Below, piece by piece: positions 23,601 through 35,600 of a DNA stretch of 64,000 nucleotides (its first letter is position 1; every line of letters begins with the position of its first letter). Source of the stretch: Rhina ancylostomus (lineage: Eukaryota); the NCBI GenBank assembly GCA_030265395.1, contig JARFYF010000104.1:35588672-35652671 (forward strand). The letters are read 5' to 3'. The notes under the pieces were generated by a model. The model made no database searches. It saw only the letters and a list, made by a program, of their open reading frames with translations, and was not told the origin of the DNA. The translations under genes and the position numbers were made by a program.

Positions 23601-26600
23601 TTAATTATCTTGTCCCTTCCCTTTCTTGCTGGAGCAGAGTCTGTGTCTACTAATTGGCTCCAGGTACCTTGCTAAATAGCTAACATTATTGAAAGGCTCT
23701 GCATTTGAAGTGTTGGCAAATGGTTCAGTCACGGGGTCTGGCTTTATCTAGTCTTCACCCAATACCAAATGTCACAGAATGGCAGCGAGGAGAATGACCC
23801 ATGGCAAATATTAACTCTCCTAACCAGGAACACTGAGGTCCATTGCAAAGCCACAACCCCACTATTGTGTGATCAACTAACTAAACACAGAAGGAGGATT
23901 AAATTGAGGACTTTCATTACTGAGCCAGTACTGTTCAGCTACTCACTATGTAAGCTTGAAAAACTACTGGGGAATTATTGCTGCTCTTACACCATCTTTG
24001 TTGAGGAATGAAGAAAACTTGCTCAAACCACAAGTTCATGGCCATCCACAAATATATCTTTTTTTCATTGATTTTGAATTAGAAATGATTTTATAAGCAT
24101 ACATGTTATAAATCTCACTGCAATACCATAGTAGAACTGTTCCAATAAAGCTCACCAGAAATTTTGGGTTTAGGACAAAAAAATACACACTTACTGCATT
24201 CAGTGTAAGCTCACCTTTAATTCTTGGGCTCACGACAACTACCTGTACTTTATACGTGACCAGACATGGGTTTGAACAGCTGAGAAGCTGCAAAGCCACA
24301 GCAAATCAATTAGTACACAAGTCGCAGCTGTCTAGAGGTTTTCTCAAAAGAAGACATTGTTCTCCTATTTCATTGCTGACAGTCTCCCACGGAACACATT
24401 AGTGAGCCTTTGTTAACTTCATCCAGACAGAGATACAGAACACAGTGTGGCAGTTTAACCACAGTACTTGGGAAAAAGATGATCTATCTCAGCACGTTCC
24501 AGCACATCTGATTTTCATCATTAATACAGTCTGAGACCGCTCTCTTGAAATTTGCTGTGGTCAGTCAAAGCTCATAATACCATTTCAATTGTAGGTTGCA
24601 GCTGTCACAAATCAAATTTTCTGGAATAATTTATTATTACCGTAAAATCAAAAGTTCAAGTATAATTATATCTCTGTCCAATGCTGTTCATTGTTTAGGA
24701 GGAGCTGATAAGTTAGCGGTCAAATAAGCTGGCCTTTACTGAAATTTGTCTTAAATTGATAAGAATTAGTCCTCATCATCCAATTGGCTGTGTAAGATCN
24801 NNNNNNNNNNNNNNNNNNNNNNNNNNNNNNNNNNNNNNNNNNNNAATGCAAATGAGAGAGAAAAGCACCAAAGGCAAAACAAACCCGTTTTACCAAGCAT
24901 ATGTAAGTAGTGAAAAATACTTCTACAGATATTATTTTATTTACCTCATGAATGTGAATTCTATTCCTGCATCAGGATTTTATAACCACAGGTTAACACC
25001 TCATCTAACTTAATGGTACTTACTGGATGATGGGGATGATGATGCCTCACCTTCGGTTGATGTAGTGATGGGTTTAGTGTCTGAAGACATGGCCAGGGTC
25101 ACCGGTCTGGACATGCCATGATGGGGTGAGGGAGCCAGTACTGATGTAAAATGACCAGGCACTTTGCCCACTACTTGACCACTACTATTTGGCTGTGGAA
25201 GGGAACACAAAAAGCAGAAGATCAGTATTCCCTCATTGTGACTTTGCGCAACATAATCTTTATTTTTAAACTGCAAAAGTCAAGCTGGCTAAAAGTCTTA
25301 CAGAACAAGAATTCAATATTGCTGACAAGTGCCTAACATTCTTATTCAGTCACTATTACCTACGATACATGATATGGAAGTTGCCATAACCTGTCCATGC
25401 TAGTGTCCAAGTTCCACTTGAGCCTCTTCCCATCTGTTCTCATTTAAATCTCTCAGTGTAACCCTCCATCCTTTCCTCACTCATACCCTTGTCCAACAAA
25501 CAACTTGCTGGAGGAACTCAGCGGGTCAGGCAGCATCTGTGGGGGGAAAGGGATTGTCGACATTTTGGGTTTCAACCCTGCATCAGGACTCTGTCTCCAT
25601 ACTTATGTCCACACTTCCCCTAAATGAATCTAAGTGATTTGTTTCAATCACTCTCAGTGGGAGCAAGTTCCACATTCTCACCGCCCAGAGTAAAGACTTT
25701 CCTTCAGAAGTCCCTATTGAACTTGATTGCATGCCTTAAAACTTGCTTCCTCATTATCTCCCTTCATGCCTTTGAAAGCTGCCTATAAACCTATCTGTAC
25801 AATTGCCTCCATTCTCCCCGATAAATTGTGACTTTTATTACTTGTAACCTTTTGACCTCACAGTCCTATGAGATGTTCTTCTAGACTCAATATGTATACA
25901 AACTGCTGTGCTGTTGAAATCATGTTATTAACATCTTTCCAAATATACACAGGATCAGACCTTCCAGGAGGAATGGAAGAAAATATCAGTGTTCAGCATT
26001 ACTACAAAGCAAAACTGCTACGATTTCTGCTGTCAGTGCTCCTCTGTTTTCCAACTTGCTCCAGCATAATCAAGTAAAATCAATGTTCTGACAAGTAATT
26101 CAATTATTCACAAACCCTTCCCACTGTAAGATATCTTGAAAATGCAATGTTTTGATGCATTATGTGTAAGGGAGCTTTTAATGATTAATCTTTAAACTAA
26201 GATTAACCTTTAGCAAAATCTTCGGCCCTCAAGTCCAAATTTTATTTCTCTGGTTTGTAACTTCATCAGGCAAATATTTTAAAATATTTTAACACATTTT
26301 AAAATAATACGTTTCTGCTTCTAATTGTTTCTGTGGTATTCTAACCTATATCCTCAGCTTTATGTGTACTCTCCAATCCTTATTATCGCACTCTGTAAAT
26401 GTTTACAATATCGGTTAAAATTGTGCTATTTTGTTTGTTTTTTTATGATTCCTGGAATCATACAAAGATACATTCTACTCCCAATCCATTTTAATGCCTA
26501 ACTCATATGTCTATTAACACTCAACAAAACAATGTTCAAACAGCACTGTTCTCATAACTTCAGGACTAAGGCATCCACCATATATCCTTTGGGATATGAA

Positions 26601-29600
26601 TGTTGGATTTTCAGAAGGCTGCAACTTATTATGGGGAATGATAAATATGTAGAATTAAGCAAACATTTCCAGCATGTGGAATGTTTATAACAAAACTTAC
26701 TTGTGTTAAAATAATAGTGCCTGATAAGCAACATTGCTTTTGGAACAAGGGATTAAAAAAATAAGCAAACTTGGACAAAGGCTCATGCAAATGAAGACCA
26801 CTGCTAAGATATGATTAAACCTTTATGCCTAATCATTTGAAAATTGTTCTATTCCCCTACTCAAAAGTTTTACATACTTATTTTGCAAAAAGTTACTTAA
26901 TTTCTTTTCCTACATTATTTGGAATTCTGCTTTTATTATTTCTGGTATGGCAATCCATATCACATCATATATTTCTGCAAACCTATTGAACCTTTTTCTT
27001 TCTTTCAGTAATGGCAGTGAATTTATGCACTCAAGGAAACATTTTCCCTAATTTATTTTATTAAGAAACATGATGAACACCTTGGTTTTCAAATTTATTT
27101 TGATCTATGAATTTTGTGATTCTAACTTTTGTGTTTTGCATAATAATTTCAAGATCAATTTCCTTCAATCTCTTCCAAGCAGTTGGAAAGTAGAAAACTT
27201 CTCTCCATAGTTCAGTATCTCCCCTATTCTCTCAAGTTCTAACTACTGGTTATAACTGAAATAAGCTATTCGGTGAAGGTAATTATGCAGAATTTATCAA
27301 ACAAAAAATAACTGCCCTCTTCTCTATCCAGCAAGATCCCCTTTCTTCAGAAAAGCCTCACCAAAATAAATCATAGATTAGACATAATAAGACAGAAATA
27401 TGTTAGAGAACAAGCTCTGGGTTTCTGCAGCTCCTGGGTTTTATATAGGATAGTTATGACAGCCTTCATTCAGAGAGGGTGCAGGAGGGAATGGGGGTCA
27501 GGGGTGAAGTCTAGAGTATTTTCTGCAATTTGTTTTCAGAAGTGATGGCATCCATATATTTTCTAGATTCTGTAGCAAGTGTGCTCTAGAAAAAGGACTC
27601 ATAATGCAGACTATTTACTGAATACTCAATTACCACCAATCCTCATCTTTGGAAGTAACACTTGCTTCCATAAAACAGGATGCATTTATTAATAAAACTA
27701 CTTGATCAGCTATCTCGCTTCTCCCTTTTTTTATCACTTGTAATACAAGAGTTACTAAATGAAACTTCTTAGCCTGTGAACACCATCTGCTTCATTTTTA
27801 TTTCTTCAAAAATGTAATCCTATCCAGACTTTTGCAATAACAATGACTGAATTTTACAAGGCTTCACTTTGCGCTCAGTGACTTAATTTAGAGCTAATAT
27901 TTTAATAAACATTTATAGGAAATGAGTAAAGGCTAGTTGAGCAATGAATACCAGGGCAGTGTGTTATTTAACAATTAAAATATTTAACCCCTCCTTCATA
28001 ATTTCCCTATGTCATTGGGTCCACATACATCTTATTAACTAGGATGGAAAAGGTTTAACAAACTTTTTAACCCCTCCATGACTGCAAGTCAAACATAACA
28101 ATGCTAAGTCTCTCAATAAATTCTACCTTATGAAATATAATCAGAGTTATGATAAAAGCTCAAATCTTAAATAAATTAACTCGCCAGGAAAAGATTTGTA
28201 ACAGCTGAGATAGTTATGCATAACTTTGTAAAGAACTGTATATGGAAATTGAACTTCTAGCATTAAAAAAAATGTATCTTTTCATCAATGAGTAGTAGAT
28301 GGAGTATAAGGTAGAGGAATATGAAATTATCCACATTGATAGGCAGAAAAGAAAAGCAAAATATTACATAGATGGTGTAAGACAGTTGAATGCACAGGTA
28401 TAGCAAGTAATCAGAAAGGCAAATGGGATGTTAGCTGTCATTGGAAGGAGATAGGTAAAAGAACAGGGAAGCCTTATACAGGGCTGTGGTGAGGAGTATC
28501 ATGTACAGTTTTGGTCTCCTTATTTAAAGGAAGACATATTTGTCTCAGAGGCAAAATAAAGATTTGTGAAGGAAAATTTAAGCAGATTAGACCTATATTC
28601 TCTGAAATTTATAATCATGAAAGGGTCTTACTGAAACATATAAGTTTCCAAGGGGGCTTGACAGATTAGACGCTTAAGGTATGTTTCCTCTGGTGTTAGG
28701 GAATAAAGCTGAGATAAGGGGTTTCCCATTTAACACTGAGACAATGGGGAAGTTCTTCTCTAAGTGGTTTGTGAACCTTTGTAGTTCTCTACCTGAGAGC
28801 CACATGGAGACTGATTTGTTAAGTACATCCAAAGCTGAGACAGATTTTCAAACTTTAGGGGATCAGGTAGGAAGGAGCAGTTGAAGCCAAAGATTGGACC
28901 AGGCATGAAGACTTTGAATGGCAGAGCAGGCTCCAGAGACCATATTGCCTACTGCTGCTCCAACTTCTTATGTTCTTAACAGGAAAAAAAAAGCAATATA
29001 TTGAGCAAGACCATTCCTTTTCATTGATTAACTCTACCTACACAGTGTCCTGTCATATATTGTCTCTTGCCAAAAATGTATTCATCTGCAAATTTCAAAA
29101 GTTGTCCTTCTATAGGTTTATTGGCCAGGTATGAAAATACATTTCACCTCTGTCTCTACTCCCAACCACCCCAGCTTTGTATGTCCCCAACCTCTCCATC
29201 TTTGTGTGTCCCCAGCCTCTCCATCCTTGTATGTCCCCAAACTCCATCCTTGTATGTCCCCAACCTCTCCATCCCTGTATGTCCCCAACCTCTCCATCCC
29301 TGTATGTCCCCAAACTCTCCATCCTTGTATGTCCCCAACCTCTCCATCCTTGTATGTCCCCAACCTCTCCATCCCTGTATGTCCCCAACCTCTCCATCCT
29401 TATATATCCTCGTATCACCCTATATGTTCTGTTACTTTAATGTTTCACCAAAGCAAAAAATCTTTGTGTTAAATGATGCAAGTGTCAAAACTGTTCAGCA
29501 GCAGTCCTCTCAATAATCACCTTGGATTGGGGAATGGGAAAAGAATCTATACTCTCTAGGTTCAAATGACTTAGGGTGCAGACAACGTTACTGGATAATG

Positions 29601-32600
29601 ATCAAAGCAATTTGCTGTTAATTTACAAATAATGCCATGTTATAACATCGAACAATGACAAAATGCAACTGCGTCTCAGCACACTAGTAATTCACTGAAG
29701 TGCTCACGCCTATGACTTCTGGGATAATGAAAGAGCAGAAACTTAGTGTTCAAGTGGCAAAGGGGAATTGGAGAGGGACAGTAATCCAGATCAGAAAGAA
29801 AGGGAAAGAATGGAGGGATGAGGAAGGGCAGGGGAAACCAGTAATCAAAAGTGAGAGGGCAATAATCNNNNNNNNNNNNNNNNNNNNNNNNNNNNNNNNN
29901 NNNNNNNNNNNNNNNNNNNNNNNNNNNNNNNNNNNNNNNNNNNNNNNNNNNNNNNNNNNNNNNNNNNNNNNNNNNNNNNNNNNNNNNNNNNNNNNNNNNN
30001 NNNNNNNNNNNNNNNNNNNNNNNNNNNNNNNNNNNNNNNNNNNNNNNNNNNNNNNNNNNNNNNNNNNNNNNNNNNNNNNNNNNNNNNNNNNNNNNNNNNN
30101 NNNNNNNNNNNNNNNNNNNNNNNNNNNNNNNNNNNNNNNNNNNNNNNNNNNNNNNNNNNNNNNNNNNNNNNNNNNNNNNNNNNNNNNNNNNNNNNNNNNN
30201 NNNNNNNNNNNNNNNNNNNNNNNNNNNNNNNNNNNNNNNNNNNNNNNNNNNNNNNNNNNNNNNNNNNNNNNNNNNNNNNNNNNNNNNNNNNNNNNNNNNN
30301 NNNNNNNNNNNNNNNNNNNNNNNNNNNNNNNNNNNNNNNNNNNNNNNNNNNNNNNNNNNNNNNNNNNNNNNNNNNNNNNNNNNNNNNGGAGTGGGGTCAT
30401 GGTCGGTGGGATGTAGGCAGCTCCTTCATAGAGGCATTTCAGGAACAATTAAAGAGGTGGCATCTCACACTGCTCTGAAAGGGAGACAGGCTGGGTACAA
30501 ATAAGAAACTTTCAACCCATGATTAACAAAAACTAACAGCACAAATAAATTCCCAAACTCTGGCAGCCTGCTGTGAGAAGTAGGAAGATCCTTAAACCTT
30601 TCACTGTTCATGCATGTTCAGACAATTAACCTGTGCGTATCAACACACAAAATACTGGAGGAACTCAGTGGGTCAGGCAGCATCCATGGAGGACTGGAGA
30701 GAAAGAGGGGAGATAGCCAGTATAGTAGGGTGCGGGGGAAGGGGTGGAGCAAGAATTGGCAGGTGGATCCAGCTGAGGGGGGGGATAGGCAGATGAGGGA
30801 GTGGAGAGAGTGGGAATGAGGTATGAAGCTGAGAGGTGATAAAGTGACAAAGGGCTGTAGAAGATGGAATTTGATAGGAGAGGACGGTGGACCATGGAAT
30901 AAAGGGAAGAGGAGGGGAACTGGAGGGAGGAATGTGTGGATGATGGGCAGATCAAGATGGCAGGGGAGGAGAAANNNNNNNNNNNNNNNNNNNNNNNNNN
31001 NNNNNNNNNNNNNNNNNNNNNNNNNNNNNNNNNNNNNNNNNNNNNNNNNNNNNNNNNNNNNNNNNNNNNNNNNNGGGGTGCGGGGGCCAGTGGGATAAGG
31101 GGAAAAAGGGGACAGAAGAAAGTGGTTACCAGATGTTAGAGAAATCGATGGTCACGCCGTCAGGTTGGAGACTACCAAACCTGTGTGTATGTCAAGACTT
31201 GAAGGCACACTACCTCACATCCCACCATGAAACCCCACCACCACAGAGAAATTACATGCACCTTAATAAAGGTAAGAAAACAAAAAGGGCCAAGGGTCTA
31301 TCTCGCATGTGATTTTCTGCTTTAAAGTCAGGTTCTAATGATTTAGAGAAATAAACAAGTTATAAGTCATTGGGCAGTACTTCCTACTCAATTATCTTAG
31401 AAAGATAGCCTTTCAATTGTCAAGAATTAACATTTCAGTATTAACTCACCTGGCTTGTTTGTGGATTGGACGGCCCGCAGCCAAGTTGTACGAAGTTCTT
31501 CGCTGTGTCCTGAGGGGTAAGATGCGGTGGGTATCTGATTGTAGGGTGCGAGAAGTAACTACTGGGAGCAGGAGGGAGAATGGAGGAGGCTGAAAAATGT
31601 AGCGGTGATGGAGGAGGTGGGCTTCTTGTTGAGATGACTAGAAACAGAAAAGAAAAAGTTAAAGAAATTTTCTAGAGTGCAAATTTCTTGTATACCACTG
31701 ACCTTATCTGTATATCTCATATTTTCATTTCCTGCAACAGTGAACATTGTTTCTGTGCATAACATGAGCTTAGTAAAGGCTTCTGTATACTGCAAAAAAA
31801 TGATAAAGACTTAAGGAAGTATAACTCAGTACGGAAAATATTCCGACTAAATAAATCCCTAGCATTCAATCAATATTCTATGTACCATAGTGGTTTGCAA
31901 TTGTTTAACAGATTTGTTGTTATGATCATTTAAGCCAGTTAATTCAAAGTGTACTGTTCCCTTTGATGGATGTTGCTGAAGCACACTTACTTGTCCTTTT
32001 TGCATAACTCTTTCAAAGGAAAACTACTCAGATGAGAATAATTCAATTACTATTTTTGAAAAACACAAACACAATTCATGAAGAACTATATGCACATAAT
32101 TCAGAGTGCTGAACTTCAAGATTTTTTCTTGTTAAAATCAAAAACATTAGACTCTTCTACTGTTAGTAAGCATGAATATCGAATCCTTCAGGAAAACAAG
32201 TCATTTTATCTTAAATTTTCCATTAGTTATATTTATTATTGAGTCAATGTGTAGAAAAAGACGATGCAAATCGATACAGATTATATCTGATGTAGCCTCT
32301 TCCTTATTCTGTTTTCTTTCAGCAGACTCATTCTGCATATGTTTCCAAGACTCCAGCAGCAATTTATTCATCAGTTTGTCGAGACCAAAGAGGTAACAAA
32401 TAGCCAGGTTCCCCTCAAGCTTCAATGTGCACTGCACAGCACAAAACACAAATGGACACCTAAACAGCCACGCTCTGAATACTGAGTGCACTCTCCGACT
32501 GTGATTTTGCACTGTGCAACAGTTAAAGTGGTCAAGTGAAATGTTCTTGGTTGAAATGAAATCTCCCCAACCTGTTTAAGAGGAAAATGTAATGTGCATC

Positions 32601-35600
32601 ATCATTGTTGTACTGCAGGAAGTTGTAGCCTGAGGTCCCACAAGCCACAATTGTCATGGTTCTGAGTACTGGCCCTTGATTTGGCCCCTTAGGTGTCTTG
32701 TTGTACAGCACATGGATTCCATGCTGGACTGATTGTATAATGACACTCACCTGAGCCCCATCATGGGCCTAGCATAAGTTCCTGGGTTTCTCTAGCACTA
32801 GTTGCCAGAGTATTGGTCTACCTTTGGCTCCTAGCTGCTTAAGAGTAGTCTACTCTAGAGCAGTCCTGTGTTCTCTATTCCTTTTTGAAGATCCAGTTTG
32901 TGTTGGGATTCCTCTTCAGATCTCNNNNNNNNNNNNNNNNNNNNNNNNNNNNNNNNNNNNNNNNNNNNNNNNNNNNNNNNNNNNNNNNNNNNNNNNNNNN
33001 NNNNNNNNNNNNNNNNNNNNNNNNGTATTTTCCAATTTGTTTGCATTTACTTAATACACAGATAAAGTATGAATTGAATTACCACTGTGTCCTGGGATGC
33101 CAGGGTGATGATGCGGTGGGAAAGTACTCAGTCGTGGTGATGAACCTTGTGGAGATGTGGGGTCACTATATATTGGCTTCTCGGGCTTCTTCATTGTAGG
33201 AGATGACATTTCTACCAAGTCATAGATAGAAATATGAAAACAGGTAAATACTTATATACAGGTGTATTAGACCACTTTAGAAAGGTGCATTGTTTCAGTA
33301 CTATTTTGCCGATACCTCAGGAGAACCCGCTATTACCACTTTTGGGTCAGCTGATGTGAATCACCTGTATCTGTGATGAACCAAAGTCCAAACAAAAAAT
33401 AGCAGAGAAAGATGGTTAATAAAATTCTACCAGGACAATTCTTAAAATGCAAAGACTACTATTTGGAATCCACTTCTCACCCTAACAATCCAGAAACTTT
33501 CATCAGCAAACTAAAAGCAAAAGACATGGTAATGAAATTACTACAACCAATTAAAATAATTTCGCTGCTGCTTTGTCTTTTAACTCAAGAAAGGAAGGAA
33601 TAGTTTGGAGCATTCTGCATGAATACATTGAAGTGCAGTTAATTTAGGGGAATATGTCAGCTAATAAAGTCTCATGAACAACAATAACATTATCAAATCA
33701 TTCCCTTTAACAGTGTTGGTAAGAAATACATATCAATAAGGACACTGGGTGCCCAAACAAGAAAGCAGATAAGAACTTTGCTTGTCACCTCATCCAAAAG
33801 ACTAAGCCCTTGCAGTGCAGCACTCTAACATTGCTACCAGGAAGTTCCATTTTGGACTATATGTTCAACATTGCAGAATGTGAGCACTGGAGACAAGACT
33901 ATGACCGACACCTTATGCCAGTAATCTGGGAACCAGTAGCCTGTGAACAAAAAGCTAAAACTGGTAATACATGGTACATCTGTGGAGAATTTAATTTCAG
34001 GTGGGGAAAAGAAATCAACTGATTTTATTGGCAGACCTATTGGTGAATCACTAATCAAGGAAAGAGTTAACAGAAGAATCCTCTTAAACTCTTGTGATCA
34101 AAAATCCTTGCTTGAAGGTTAGCTATCAGGATGGGTCATAGAAAGCTGTACTTTGTTTAACATAAGACCAGTGCAGATGAAACATATTTGAGGCTTGGTT
34201 TGTTTCAAAGTTCAGGTAGATGAGGAGCATGTTTATGTCATTTTATTATACATCATAAGAAAAGAATCTGTATTTAAGTAAATATGCTTTGACTATGGCA
34301 ATCATTTTGCACACTAACTTGCTGACTGTGAAATTAAGCAGTTTAATGATTCCGATATGGCCTGTCCTCAACAAATTACTTTCAGTTCACTTAATAAAAA
34401 TTTGGAAAAGCATACATGAGGGCAGAAATTTATTTGCACAGGGAACCATTTCTGAAAATAACATTACATGGAGATCCATGCCAGTGTGTCATTGCACTTT
34501 GTTCAATGATTTGTCCATCTAAAGAATGTGATCAACCTATTTTTCATGAAAGCTTATTGTTAGGATGAATAACTTCAGGACTACCAGACAGGGTACTAAT
34601 TGAAGTTGTGCTTGTGACCGTTAAAATGAAATGTCCAATGCCTCAAAGTATTGCAAAAAGTCATTAAGCATGTTGAGGAAGTGGAAGGATGCAGTCACTC
34701 AGGGAATATGCACTCACTTCTCAGAGGAAGCCCTGAGCATTCCTGTAGAAGAGAGGTCCTGGAAGCCAGTCAGGATATAGCATTGGAAAAAGATCATCAT
34801 GGAAGTCAATGCAATGAGCAATCTCCCCTGACCTAGTTCCAGTTCAAGAAGAAATTTAAGAACCTTGCATGTGTAACCAAGGTCAGAGTTACAGAAACAC
34901 ATTCTACCCATGCACATTTACCATTACTTACATAAATACCTTGCATACCCTTTGTTACTCAACATTACATATATATATTGTGATACCTTTAACATACTTC
35001 CCTCTTTTTAAAAGGTAAAGGCTGCAAGCAACAGCCAACTGCAGCAGCACTGTGTAAGGGGACCCTACAATGGTCAGAGTCTTCCTGAGGAGAGGGTGCT
35101 TATGAGTGTGAGCTTTGCTGCAACTGAGAACGTTGTAAGTTCAGAGTTCAGGGATGNNNNNNNNNNATGATGATGGTATGCTCATATCTAACATTCATTC
35201 TCACAGCCCACCCACCTCATCCTCAACTTCTTTTGCCATAGCACGCAGAACCTACTCCAATGCAAATGAATGAATTTACTTGGCCTCAGCCATTAGGAAA
35301 GCAGTGTGTTAAAGTGGTCATACAGGCAAGGCACACAGAAGTCAGGCATGGTTTTGGTCTTATCTGGATTTAAAATTTAGTTGGCATTTTGCTTTAATTG
35401 TGCTCCTTACTTGTGTTTAAGCTGATGTTTAGAGAATGAAGGACAGAGTAATGGGAACATGGAGACCATCACTTTGGGGTTGAGTTTCCCTTAATTCATG
35501 GGAGATGCACCCAACTTTGATGTCAGTATTCATTGATTATTTTATGGCACTGAGGATGTGGAGAAGTCACCTCCCTGACCTGCTGCAGTACTTGTTCTAA

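Noticed and set aside
29067-29516. Several overlapping ORFs with repetitive peptides; CRISPR-like periodicity
   Set aside because: All are translations of the 25-bp minisatellite. There are no unique spacers and no cas genes, and the context is a vertebrate intron.
29700-30448. Long ORFs over 200 aa (also 49856-50560 and others)
   Set aside because: They are open only because they run through N gaps.
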